This document shows, in pieces, positions 17,179-26,231 of a stretch of 26,827 nucleotides of DNA. The position numbers and the translations under genes were made by a program. The stretch is from a virus. Its lineage: Duplodnaviria > Caudoviricetes. The stretch covers positions 1 to 26,827 of the IMG/VR virus record IMGVR_UViG_3300020045_007880. One strand, written 5' to 3'. How positions within the stretch are numbered: the first letter of the stretch is position 1; every line of letters begins with the position of its first letter. The notes below the pieces were generated by a model, which saw nothing but the letters and a program-made list of their open reading frames with translations, was not told where the DNA came from and did no database searches.

Positions 17179-19146
17179 TTAGTAACCTTTTCTTTCGTTT
17201 AAATAAACTGACCTTTTGTTTACAAGTCTTATTGTGTCGCCCGAAATAACGCCGACAACCTCAACCTGTAATTTACCGCCCGAGCCTCCGAATTTACCGT
17301 TGGCCATATCCATGAAATTTGCTTGTTGCCGTGTGTTCAATACCGCTTCGCCCGAATTCAACGCCGCGTGTATTTTGTCGCCCGTGTATGAACTGCCTGG
17401 CACAATACCGGCAATTCCACCGTCTGCGAATTTGGCATATTTGTTAAATAAACCCTGTATAACACCAATACCAACGGCCGCAAACGCCAACCCAACCAAC
17501 CCCTTTGAAGATTCGTGTGCAATGGTTGACGCAATAGCCTTTGCCAATAACGCCTGTATAATCTGTTTAATGCCGCCTAAAGTAGCATTAACCATATTTT
17601 TTATTGACAACTCACCGGCGGCGGCCATATCAATGAATGCCATTGAAAGGTTTATAACTGAATCTGTCAACATATTTATGCCTTCCTCGCTTCTCATTTC
17701 CTCCCAAAATGATAGCATATCGCTTGCCGCTTTTGCCGTAAATGCCGCCGTTATTTCGCCCCTCTTTTCAAAACTTGCCGAATATGCCGCGTCGCTTGCG
17801 GCCATTCTTTCCTCCTCTTGCTTTTCAAGTTCAGTTAATAACTTTGTATTTTCCTTTGCAAAACGCTCGTCCTCTTTAATTTTGGCGTCGGTCAATTGTG
17901 CGTAACTTTCAACGCTTGTTGGCAAACCAATAATTTTACCGGCAAAATCATCTTTCTTGTCGGCCTTTTCCTTTTTGCCCTTCGGCGGGGTATTTATAAT
18001 AGGTACTTTTTCAAGTGCCGCAATGGTTGTAAATACTGACGCGGTTAATTGGTCTTGAAAGTTTTTTTGTTCCTGTATCTTTGCCGAAATGTCGGGTATA
18101 ATGTTTTGTATTACATTCCAATATGACTGCGTTTGCGCAACGCCCTTTGTTCCTTTTGTCTGCAATTCATATTGCGCCTGTAAGTCGGTTAACCTCTTTT
18201 CTTCGGCCTTTGAAATGGCAATGTACGCGGCCAATTGGTTTTTGTAATATGCCGGTAAATCCTTTTTCTCAACTTCGGCAATGTTGCCTTTGTTAATTAT
18301 GTTTTCCTGTGCCGCCCCAATTGCCGTACCTGTGTTTTTCATCAGCATTTCGGCCCGTAATTGCCTTGCGCTTTTAATAACTTCGGTTGCCTTGCTAATT
18401 AAAGACGTCATCCACGAAATAACACCGCCAAAAATGCCGCTTGTTTGGTCGCCCAATGTAACCAAAAGAGTGTCCCAACTGTCACCCAGGTTTGACAATT
18501 TACCTCCCAACGTTTCGGATATTGCGGCCATTGCACCGCTAACCCCTTGTGCGTTGCCCAATGAAAGTATGTAATCGCGTATACTTTCCGACGTATTGGC
18601 AACTTGTGTTGTAATGCCCTTAAAGGTAAATGAAACTTTGTCGCCTTCGGTCTTTGCCTTAATGCCAAATTCCTTCAGCCGTTCAAATTCGCCGGTACTC
18701 GCATCAATTACCGCTTCGGCCAACATATCAAAATCCTTGCCGGTCGAACTTGCAAGGTCGCCAAGTGAACGCATTTGGTCGGCCGTCGGGGTAAACCCCT
18801 GGTTGGCTAACTTTACAAATGCGCTTGTCAATTGGTCAACGCTGAACGGGGTTTTGGCGGCAAATTCCTTTATCATTGCCATACTTGACGCGGCCGCGCC
18901 CGAACTGCCTAAAGTATTTGTTAATACTGCGTTGTATTTCTGAAAAGACGCGGTTACGTTGAATATTTCACGCACTAACATACCGGCCGTTGCACCAACC
19001 GCCGCCCAACCGGCAACGGCCATTGCACTAACCTTTTTTGTCGTGTCGCCAAACCCTTTTACTTTCGTTTCACTTTCGTTTAATTTGGCCTTCAATTCGG
19101 CATTGTCAACTGAAAGTTTAATCAGCAATTCCTCTACATTGGCCAT
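17179..19146 (-). CDS. tail tape measure protein
   Basis: Ala-rich helical protein; tape-measure domain (FAAKTPFSV...L...GF..T...M..LGDLAS; ERLKEFGI; TLGGKLSNLGDSW); C-terminal FADGG...D...A.L..GE.VL. Confidence 0.9.
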   Translation of the reverse strand: MANVEELLIKLSVDNAELKAKLNESETKVKGFGDTTKKVSAMAVAGWAAVGATAGMLVREIFNVTASFQKYNAVLTNTLGSSGAAASSMAMIKEFAAKTPFSVDQLTSAFVKLANQGFTPTADQMRSLGDLASSTGKDFDMLAEAVIDASTGEFERLKEFGIKAKTEGDKVSFTFKGITTQVANTSESIRDYILSLGNAQGVSGAMAAISETLGGKLSNLGDSWDTLLVTLGDQTSGIFGGVISWMTSLISKATEVIKSARQLRAEMLMKNTGTAIGAAQENIINKGNIAEVEKKDLPAYYKNQLAAYIAISKAEEKRLTDLQAQYELQTKGTKGVAQTQSYWNVIQNIIPDISAKIQEQKNFQDQLTASVFTTIAALEKVPIINTPPKGKKEKADKKDDFAGKIIGLPTSVESYAQLTDAKIKEDERFAKENTKLLTELEKQEEERMAASDAAYSASFEKRGEITAAFTAKAASDMLSFWEEMRSEEGINMLTDSVINLSMAFIDMAAAGELSIKNMVNATLGGIKQIIQALLAKAIASTIAHESSKGLVGLAFAAVGIGVIQGLFNKYAKFADGGIAGIVPGSSYTGDKIHAALNSGEAVLNTRQQANFMDMANGKFGGSGGKLQVEVVGVISGDTIRLVNKRSVYLNERKGY

Positions 19147-19447
19147 AATACTTTTGCTTTATCGTTTAAACGTTTCGCGTCGCGCTTCATTTTATTTATG
19201 TCCGGTACGGGGTCACCGCGTAACGGCATCCACCTTTCAATTGGTTCGGGGTTCGTACTGTTTGCCCTGTATGTTATGTAACCAACCATTCGTGAACGCC
19301 GCCATTTTTGGTCTTCCCGTCGTTTGAACCCTTCAACAACCGCCCCGAATTCGCGAAATGTCATATTCCAAAATTCATTCGGCGTTAATCCGCATTCGCA
19401 CGCGGTTGTCAAAAGTTCATCCCACGTTACCGGCTTTTGCCTACGGC
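19134..19447 (-). CDS. tail assembly chaperone, C-terminal part of the frameshift (GT-like) product
   Basis: GLTPNEFWNMTFREF motif; only a TTG start; frame is open back to the slippery site. Confidence 0.75.
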
Positions 19448-19771
19448 CTTTTTTTTTACGGGTTTTTCGTCCGAACTTCCCGACAACAATACGTTGAATA
19501 TTCGGGTTAATTCGTCCTGTGTTAATTGGTCAATCCATTCGCCAACTGTGAATTCATTATAATTAATGTCCTTCATTTCGGCGCGGTCACTAACCAACAA
19601 CCCGCAATAAATAAGGTCGCGCAATGCCGACGGGTTTTTTGCGTCAAACAATAATTTGGTCGCTTCGCTTAATTCACAATTGTGCATTCTGCAAAATTCA
19701 AACCACGCGTTTTGACCAAAATTCATTCGGCGCAATTTGCCGCCCATTAATGATTCGGTTATACTTCGCAT
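19427..19771 (-). CDS. tail assembly chaperone (gpG-like)
   Basis: Between tail tube and tape measure genes; ends at a slippery A-run. Confidence 0.8.
   Translation of the reverse strand: MRSITESLMGGKLRRMNFGQNAWFEFCRMHNCELSEATKLLFDAKNPSALRDLIYCGLLVSDRAEMKDINYNEFTVGEWIDQLTQDELTRIFNVLLSGSSDEKPVKKKAVGKSR
19448..19457 (-). other. -1 programmed ribosomal frameshift site
   Basis: GTA AAA AAA AAG contains A-AAA-AAG; -1 frame reads GRRQKPVTWDELLTTACECG, in frame with the downstream ORF. Confidence 0.8.
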
Positions 19772-19773
19772 AA

Positions 19774-20190
19774 TTACGAACTCATTGATGTTTTCTTTTC
19801 AACCGCACCGGACGACGCCCAACCGAAATCAACGCCCAACGCCTGTTGCATTGTACCCGACAATTTAACGTTGGTAATCTTTGCCTTGAATTCATAATAT
19901 GTGCCGCCCACAACGCCAACCTGGCAAGTCGGCAAAGTTGAATTGTTTATAATTTGGTCTAACAGTTCTTCAGCATTGTAGTTGCTATCGGTGTCAACCA
20001 ATCCGGTACAGTCGCCAGACGCTGAACGGATACCGCCAGAGTCCAAAGACTCAACCCATTGTTCTGAATCCTGGTTGGTAGTCAGCGGGTTATCCTGTTG
20101 CAAAGTAAAATTAACATTTGTGGTACAACCGACAAGGTAATTGCCGATTTTCATTCTGAATAAAGTACCGTTTACATAGGTTCGTGCCAT
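19774..20190 (-). CDS. major tail tube protein
   Basis: 138 aa; V.GT....IG...VGCTT......Q....TT..DS..W.E...G.RS.S pattern of TP901-1-like tube proteins; position. Confidence 0.8.
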   Translation of the reverse strand: MARTYVNGTLFRMKIGNYLVGCTTNVNFTLQQDNPLTTNQDSEQWVESLDSGGIRSASGDCTGLVDTDSNYNAEELLDQIINNSTLPTCQVGVVGGTYYEFKAKITNVKLSGTMQQALGVDFGWASSGAVEKKTSMSS

Positions 20191-20202
20191 TTCGTTTGAT
20201 TT

Positions 20203-20613
20203 TTAGAGTTCGTAAATGATTAGTTTAAATCTTAATGTTCGTATAAAAATTGTATGTGTTGCATTTGTTGTTGTAATTACTTCGTTGCCTTCAAGGGTAC
20301 AGGCTACAACGCCAAAACTTGAAACGCTTAACTGATTCGGAGGCATTTGCAAAATGTTTTGCATTATCGCGTCGGCAATTGCGTCAACATCCTTGTTGCC
20401 TCCAAAGTTTTTTTGGTATTCCTTGTAAATGTCAACCGAAATGAATGCCACCTGGCCGAATCCGTCCTGTGTATCGTCTTCGTAACTGCTTTGGTTATAT
20501 AGAAAACAATACGGCGACGTTGCTTTTTCGTCAACCTGGTCGTAACACGAATACCCCAACGCAATTATTCGGTTAAAAAAGGCTGTTCGTATAGGTTTGT
20601 TGCAGTCTTTCAT
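20203..20613 (-). CDS. tail terminator / tail completion protein (DUF3168-like)
   Basis: YD.V......PY pattern; C-terminal LRF strand; position before tube gene. Confidence 0.7.
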   Translation of the reverse strand: MKDCNKPIRTAFFNRIIALGYSCYDQVDEKATSPYCFLYNQSSYEDDTQDGFGQVAFISVDIYKEYQKNFGGNKDVDAIADAIMQNILQMPPNQLSVSSFGVVACTLEGNEVITTTNATHTIFIRTLRFKLIIYEL

Positions 20614-21077
20614 TTCATATTCTTTTTACAAAGTGTAACCACTTTTGCCATAATTAACGGCGTTTCGTGAATGTAGGCAGCCACTAAAAACGGCCGTGCG
20701 CGGTTATTTACTTTTCGCACTCCACGCCCTTTATACTTTGCCGCGTATGTTTCCCACCCCGTCGGTATTTTAACCCCGTCACCCGTCCCAAATTCAACGT
20801 ACGGGGCATATTTTACATTTGTTCCAACTGTCACGCCTGTTTTGAATGGTATGTTGTGAACTGACGAACTCAGCCGGCCATAATAGTACGGGCGCCCGTC
20901 CTTTTTCTTCGGTGAATTAACCAAGTCTTTAACCAAACGCCTTTTTGCATCACTTTCAATAATTAACCCTTCGCGGTGAATCATTTTTACCACTTCGTCG
21001 GGGAACAGTTTACCCAACTTATGTAAAATGTTTACCAAATGCCGTTCGCTTGCCGTGTCAACTTCCATTTTAATCAT
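20610..21077 (-). CDS. HK97 gp10-family neck/tail component
   Basis: GRLSSS, VGTNVKYAPYVEFGTG, ARPFL motifs. Confidence 0.85.
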   Translation of the reverse strand: MIKMEVDTASERHLVNILHKLGKLFPDEVVKMIHREGLIIESDAKRRLVKDLVNSPKKKDGRPYYYGRLSSSVHNIPFKTGVTVGTNVKYAPYVEFGTGDGVKIPTGWETYAAKYKGRGVRKVNNRARPFLVAAYIHETPLIMAKVVTLCKKNMK

Positions 21078-21408
21078 TGAACGTTGCCGTTATTTTAATC
21101 CACTTGTTTAATTCGTCAATTTCACGCACTCCGTTTATCGTATATGTGCGCCCGTTCCAGGTAATCAAATGTTGACGCGTCGGTATCTTATCGCTTTGCC
21201 ATAAAACCCAAATGTCGCAATGGTTTTGCCCTATTTCGCGGCCCGAACGTAAAACCTCGTTTTCGCTTAACTGCGATATTTTGCCCCAAATGGTAAAGTC
21301 AGTTGATTTAACGGACGTTGTGCCGCCCGAACCGTCCGACGTTCTCGTATCCTTGACAAACACTAACCTTTGGCGTAATTCGCCGATTTTGGGTGCGCTC
21401 ATTACCAA
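21070..21408 (-). CDS. head closure protein (SPP1 gp16-like)
   Basis: IGELRQRL....DGSGG......WG.I...S..E; W.GR.Y.I..V.E.D pattern. Confidence 0.85.
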   Translation of the reverse strand: MVMSAPKIGELRQRLVFVKDTRTSDGSGGTTSVKSTDFTIWGKISQLSENEVLRSGREIGQNHCDIWVLWQSDKIPTRQHLITWNGRTYTINGVREIDELNKWIKITATFND

Positions 21409-21917
21409 CCTAAATTAATAGTGTGCATTTTTGATTCTGTAACCACTTCGGGCGAATATGGTAAACTTTCGCCGTCGCCCCTGTGTATGTAATCGTATGC
21501 CCCTTGCTTCAAAATCAATTGCTTTTCTTCAGTTGTTGCCGTTGTGCCGGTCGTGTATTCAACAACAACGGTTGAGCCAATGGCCGCAATGCAACCCAAC
21601 ATATTATTGGTTAAATTGTAGTCACCGGCCGCCAATGTCGTAAATGTGCCGTCCTGGTTATCAGTTTTAACTGAAACAATTGACTGGATAGGCGGGTAAG
21701 GTAATTCAAGTATCCCGTAATTCGGCATTTCGACGGTGTATGTATACGTCCGCGCACATATGGCCTTGCCGGTCAACTTTTCAACCTTGCACCTTGCCGC
21801 CTTTGCAATGTCGGCTAACATTGTATCCTGTGTTTCGGTATCCAAACCCAACCAACCACGCAACGCGGCGGCCAAAACGGGTTCAGTTGTTACGTCTGTT
21901 TTAATTGTAAGGTTCAT
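21402..21917 (-). CDS. head-tail connector (gp6-like adaptor)
   Basis: EPV......WL.LD...QD..L.....AAR..VE..TG.....TY; LPYPPIQSI.SV; V.YT.G; Y.HRG. Confidence 0.85.
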   Translation of the reverse strand: MNLTIKTDVTTEPVLAAALRGWLGLDTETQDTMLADIAKAARCKVEKLTGKAICARTYTYTVEMPNYGILELPYPPIQSIVSVKTDNQDGTFTTLAAGDYNLTNNMLGCIAAIGSTVVVEYTTGTTATTEEKQLILKQGAYDYIHRGDGESLPYSPEVVTESKMHTINLGW

Positions 21918-22168
21918 TTGCGTTTCGTGTTTTTCGGTTTGCCGCCGGTAACCTTTGGCGTTGGTTTATCGCTTACCCTTTGCATTGCCCCGCCGGTTGA
22001 AATGAATTCGGGCAATTGGTTTTCCTTGCTTGCATCGTATGGTTCAATTAACCCCAAATTAATGTAATCCGTTAAATACGGTTCGGGTATGTTTTCCAAA
22101 ACGTCACCCGCGTACGCAAGTCCCGCGTTCTTTGCAAAGGTTCTTTTAACAATGTATTTATTGTTCAT
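21914..22168 (-). CDS. small hypothetical head-region protein
   Basis: 84 aa; Y.V...F.......AGD......Y..LGLIE pattern with a K/P/T-rich tail; overlaps both neighbours. Confidence 0.65.
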   Translation of the reverse strand: MNNKYIVKRTFAKNAGLAYAGDVLENIPEPYLTDYINLGLIEPYDASKENQLPEFISTGGAMQRVSDKPTPKVTGGKPKNTKRK

Positions 22169-23114
22169 ATTGTAGGAATTTATTTACACCTTCAAGTTCA
22201 TCCATTGACTTATCGTTTAAGTCTTTTGCACGCTGAATGCAACGCAAAGATAAATTAGTATAGGTCGTTTTGTTATCTAACGCAATAATTTCTTTTACCC
22301 ATTCGGAAATTGGCGCGTCCTGTGGTATGAATATGCCGCAGTCGCCCAATGATTCGCGCAAACCTGGTGTGTCGCTTGCAATTACGGGAATGCCACTACA
22401 CATTGCCTCAACGGCCGTGCGCCCGTATGATTCATAAACTGACGGCATTAAAAGAATGCGTGTCTTTTCGTAACAGGCTTCTCGTATATACGGGGTATTG
22501 TTAATATAGTTGGCGTTTGAATGGTTGCCAATTGTTTGTTCGCCGTATGCCCCCTTTACCCCTAAAAACTTACGGTCTGGCATTGCTTTAATTATTTTGT
22601 CAAAGATAATGCCGCCCTTCCTGTCCCAAAGGTTAATCAGCGAAATGTATTCGCGCTTTTTGGGGTTCGGCTTAAAATGGTAGTCGTTAAAAAATACCGG
22701 CGGCCGCAATACAAACATCCTGTGTTTGTAACCCTTTTCCAAACAGTCGTCCAATGCCCAATCTGAATTCACAATTAAACCGGCGTCGCCGCGAACCTCC
22801 ACTAATCGGTTGGTAAACGTATTGTGCAATATTATGTAAATTGGTTTGTGGTGCAAATTGGCGCAATTAAACGCCCGGCCCGAACGCCCTAAATGCGAAA
22901 TGATAATGTCACACCATACCGACAAATCCCACTCATTTGTAGGGTTCTGTTCAAACAGTTGTACCCCGTCAAGGTTGCGGCATCCAATGTCAGCCGTTAA
23001 TACCTTGCATTCGTGGCCCTGTTCAACCAGGTAACGCAACATACTGTGTAAGTACCACTCCGCCCCTGCATTGTGTGTGGGCGGGTAGGCGTGAACTTGT
23101 GCAAAGATTTTCAT
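22158..23114 (-). CDS. GT4-family (GT-B) glycosyltransferase
   Basis: YPP...AGAE N-terminal motif; KGG; LMPS.YESYG....EAM..GIPVIAS..PGL.E (Ex7E motif). Confidence 0.9.
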   Translation of the reverse strand: MKIFAQVHAYPPTHNAGAEWYLHSMLRYLVEQGHECKVLTADIGCRNLDGVQLFEQNPTNEWDLSVWCDIIISHLGRSGRAFNCANLHHKPIYIILHNTFTNRLVEVRGDAGLIVNSDWALDDCLEKGYKHRMFVLRPPVFFNDYHFKPNPKKREYISLINLWDRKGGIIFDKIIKAMPDRKFLGVKGAYGEQTIGNHSNANYINNTPYIREACYEKTRILLMPSVYESYGRTAVEAMCSGIPVIASDTPGLRESLGDCGIFIPQDAPISEWVKEIIALDNKTTYTNLSLRCIQRAKDLNDKSMDELEGVNKFLQYEQ

Positions 23115-23866
23115 ATTAATATCATTTTTTCGGTGTAAATGTCTTCAGCGGTTATTTGAGTGTATTTTTTACCAAACCAATTCAATGGTGCAACGACAAC
23201 GCCGTTTTGTTTTGAAAGCCACCAACCCCACCAACAAAGGGTTGAGTTGGATAAAATGAAATGCGTGCATTTGGTCATTATCTGCAAGTCGGTCATATAA
23301 TGGTTGCCGGTAATGTATGTTTTCCCTTCGCCCAACAATTCGCGGGCCTTTTCGGGTTCGTCGCTGAACACGAAAATAGGGGCATTTGTGGGCATATAAG
23401 ACAACGCCTTTTCGTAGTAATCCAAACCCTGGCACGGGTGATATAAGTTGTCATAGTCGCCACGCCTAACGTGTAACGCAACGGCATTGTCGGGCATTAA
23501 TGCAATGTCGTGTTTGAATTCAAAGTAATGACGTATCGTATCTTTGCAATGCTCAAAATACTTTTCGCTTTGCATATGACCCATTAAATTTAAGTTGTCG
23601 GGCAAGGTATTATAATTATGGTAACCCCAATTGATAGGAAAGTTTTGGTAATACTTTTCCTCCTGTTTCGGCAACGGGTTTTTAAAATAACTTTGAATAT
23701 CAATACTTTCACTACTGCCGAACCTGGTTAAATGGTCGTAATTCATCCAATAAGGGAATCCAAACGAATAGCCGTGCCGCGTTGCAAGGCCAATTGTGCT
23801 TGCAATCTGAAACATTTGGTTGCCCAAACGCCCGTACTTACCCAACTCGCTAAACGTCAGCATCAT
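23111..23866 (-). CDS. GT11-family alpha-1,2-fucosyltransferase-like protein
   Basis: GRLGNQMFQ, G..QSEKYF, HVRRGDY, FSDEP, NSTLCWW: the canonical GT11 motifs. Confidence 0.9.
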   Translation of the reverse strand: MMLTFSELGKYGRLGNQMFQIASTIGLATRHGYSFGFPYWMNYDHLTRFGSSESIDIQSYFKNPLPKQEEKYYQNFPINWGYHNYNTLPDNLNLMGHMQSEKYFEHCKDTIRHYFEFKHDIALMPDNAVALHVRRGDYDNLYHPCQGLDYYEKALSYMPTNAPIFVFSDEPEKARELLGEGKTYITGNHYMTDLQIMTKCTHFILSNSTLCWWGWWLSKQNGVVVAPLNWFGKKYTQITAEDIYTEKMILI

Positions 23867-24902
23867 TTATGTATTTGGGGTTAATGTACCAATCCTCAAA
23901 ACTTAAACCTTTATGCTTAACATCGGCTTTGACCAACTTATACACTTTTTCTTTTAACAACCTTCGTTGCGGTTCTTTTTCTGTTTTTTTATAACCCCTA
24001 TATTCGTCGTGTTCAATCGTAATTACGGCAAATTCAATACCGGAATCAATAATCCGTTGCAATGCTTTAAACCTCATTCCGTTTCCTTCAATATCAAGGC
24101 TTAAATAATCAATGTACTTTGGCAATTCCAATGTACTGTAATCAAATTGCAATACGTCGGCCTGTATAAACGTCGCCCGCCTTGTTTTCCATTGTTTTGA
24201 AAAATCAAGTATGTCAAATGCCCAACCGTTCCAACCGTTTTCTTCAAGTAAAAGTGTATTGCTTAATTTCTTCGGGACGGAACACCCTACGTCCATAAAT
24301 AACCCTTTATAACCCTTCGGGAATTGTGATAAAACGAATGTATCTTGTCCAACTTGCGAATACGAACCTTTTGCCGTCCAGTTTTCCCAACAAAACGGAT
24401 AACGCCACGTTAAAACGTGCGTTTTTTCAAGTTCTTTTGCAATTTCTTCGTATAGTTTTTCGTAATCCAACCCGTCAATAACGTGGAATTGTATTTGTAG
24501 GTTCTTAATGTTGCCGATTTTGCCGGTCGCAATCATATATTTGACCAATTCATATTCGCTTCCTTCAATGTTTATTTTGCAAACGGCAATTTCTTCATTC
24601 ATAAAGCGCGCAATATCCAAACATTCAAACCCTTTTTTATCCTGTTCGTCAAATATTGACATACAATTTGCGTTGCCGCCCAAATCAAACGTGCCGTCGT
24701 AAATCCACGCGCCCGTATTGTTTTGCGCCTCAAATTTCAATACCCTTAAATCGTTGTTTTTATTTATGCCTTCGTTCCATTCGTTGTTATATGAACCAAT
24801 GTCAATAATAAGGTCGCCAGGGTTCAAATCATAATCGTACCGCAACGCTTCGCCGCCGTCTTCAACCCATTTGTTATAACTTGTCCCGCTTATACCGGCC
24901 AT
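23850..24902 (-). CDS. tandem double FkbM-like SAM-dependent methyltransferase
   Basis: Domain 1: IIDIGSY...KINIEGSEY...QIQFH. Domain 2: YSQVGQD...FMDVGC...SNT.LLE..GW.G...IDYLSLDIEG...ITIEH. Confidence 0.8.
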   Translation of the reverse strand: MAGISGTSYNKWVEDGGEALRYDYDLNPGDLIIDIGSYNNEWNEGINKNNDLRVLKFEAQNNTGAWIYDGTFDLGGNANCMSIFDEQDKKGFECLDIARFMNEEIAVCKINIEGSEYELVKYMIATGKIGNIKNLQIQFHVIDGLDYEKLYEEIAKELEKTHVLTWRYPFCWENWTAKGSYSQVGQDTFVLSQFPKGYKGLFMDVGCSVPKKLSNTLLLEENGWNGWAFDILDFSKQWKTRRATFIQADVLQFDYSTLELPKYIDYLSLDIEGNGMRFKALQRIIDSGIEFAVITIEHDEYRGYKKTEKEPQRRLLKEKVYKLVKADVKHKGLSFEDWYINPKYINDADV

Positions 24903-25600
24903 TCGTCGTTTCTTTTTCTGTGGTGATTAAATGTAATTGGATAGTAGTCATTATGCCCTGTGTGTGAATAGTTGAATTTGTTGTTATAACGGGCGGGCCA
25001 CCAATGCGCCTTAATATTATATTTTAACTGCAGTTCGGTTATTATGCTTTGGTCGTGCCGGTTTTCCTTGAATCCTGGTGCGTTTGGCAACTTACTTTCG
25101 GCATCTGTGATTAAGTCGGGAATTTGGCACAACTGCAACCATTCAAATACAAAGCCTTTCGCTTCTGGCGTGTTACGGAATAGCATTGCCGTTGCCTGTA
25201 ACTGCTTTGCGGGCGGTGAATTCGTTATTGCCAATATGTCGCCCTTTGTCCACTCCGAATGCGTGTGCGTACTTTGGAACAGGAAACAAAAATTATCGCC
25301 CATTTTATTAACCAAATGCCTTATGTCAGAAATGAACTCAACACCGGCATCAGTATAAACGACAACGTCGCCAAAATTCCACTTATGTAACTCTTGCCAA
25401 ATTACTTGCGGCTTCCATATCCAATACCCCGCGCCGCGCGGTTCTGCCAATGTCTTTGAATTACGTTTTTTAAAATCTTTGTCAAGGTCTTCAACCGTGT
25501 ATATGGTTGACGCACTACACCCGTTATTAATAGCCGACGACGACGCCAATGCCGCCGAAATGGTCATATTGTGGTCGGTGTATGTGCAATGCCTTATCAT
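24890..25600 (-). CDS. putative GT-A-fold glycosyltransferase (RHDQS type)
   Basis: RGAGYWIWKP, YTDAG (DxD-like), ENRHDQS motifs typical of nucleotide-sugar-transferase-like proteins. Confidence 0.65.
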   Translation of the reverse strand: MIRHCTYTDHNMTISAALASSSAINNGCSASTIYTVEDLDKDFKKRNSKTLAEPRGAGYWIWKPQVIWQELHKWNFGDVVVYTDAGVEFISDIRHLVNKMGDNFCFLFQSTHTHSEWTKGDILAITNSPPAKQLQATAMLFRNTPEAKGFVFEWLQLCQIPDLITDAESKLPNAPGFKENRHDQSIITELQLKYNIKAHWWPARYNNKFNYSHTGHNDYYPITFNHHRKRNDEWPV

Positions 25601-26160
25601 TTGTAAAAATGTTTTGAACTGTCTTCAATCCCGTATGTCGTATTTGCAAACCAAATGTCACTCCACCCATCGGCCTGTACTGCTAACATCGGGTAACAAA
25701 TGAAACATTTTAAAATCCTTTGCGCGTGTACGCGTAACCATTCATCGTAAATCATACCGCCGTCGGGGTCAAAGTAATTGGCGCAATAACTGCGTCCTTT
25801 GTTTGAATACAGTATTGCGTGCGACGTCCACGCATCGTGAATCTTATATAAATGTTGTGAGTAAACGGGAATTACTGTTTTTAAATTCGCCCCCAGGTAA
25901 AGTAAATCCCAATCGTCGGGTAATTCTGCAATACAAATATTTAAATCGTCAATAGTGCCTTTAAAAACACAATCGTCTTCCAATAAAAGTAATGTACCGT
26001 CGCCTTGTAACGCTTGTTTTGTCGAATGGTTAAACCCAAGCCAACCCCCTTCAACGGCATTAAACCGTTCAAAATCTGCAATTCCGAATTGCTTTATTTC
26101 GTGCGTAACCGCTTCCAAACGGTCGGTACGTTTGGCAAGGTTTATTACTTTTACTTGCAT
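25597..26160 (-). CDS. GT25-family glycosyltransferase
   Basis: VINL..R.DR, F.AV.G, LLLEDD, DWDLLYLG, HA.L.S..G, P.L..Q motifs. Confidence 0.85.
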   Translation of the reverse strand: MQVKVINLAKRTDRLEAVTHEIKQFGIADFERFNAVEGGWLGFNHSTKQALQGDGTLLLLEDDCVFKGTIDDLNICIAELPDDWDLLYLGANLKTVIPVYSQHLYKIHDAWTSHAILYSNKGRSYCANYFDPDGGMIYDEWLRVHAQRILKCFICYPMLAVQADGWSDIWFANTTYGIEDSSKHFYK

Positions 26161-26192
26161 TTACGATTGTATTATTGGATTGTATGCGCATT

Positions 26193-26231
26193 AAAAAAAT
26201 AAGGGTGTGCGGGCCTATACCCGCACCCCTT
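26193..26231 (-). terminator. rho-independent terminator after the major capsid gene
   Basis: Minus strand AAGGGGTGCGGG-TATAGG-CCCGCACACCCTT followed by ATTTTTTT. Confidence 0.85.

Noticed and set aside
22158-26160. GT cluster as gtrABC-type O-antigen conversion or as a DNA hypermodification locus
   Set aside because: No flippase, bactoprenol transferase or membrane proteins, no base-modifying enzyme nearby, and the genes are coupled to late head genes. Disfavoured rather than disproven.
305-26202. Numerous plus-strand and nested ORFs in the track (e.g. 17216..17905, 6183..6590, 11980..12366, 7444..7806)
   Set aside because: They lie antisense to or within well-supported minus-strand genes, mostly have weak starts and show no motifs; treated as shadow ORFs.
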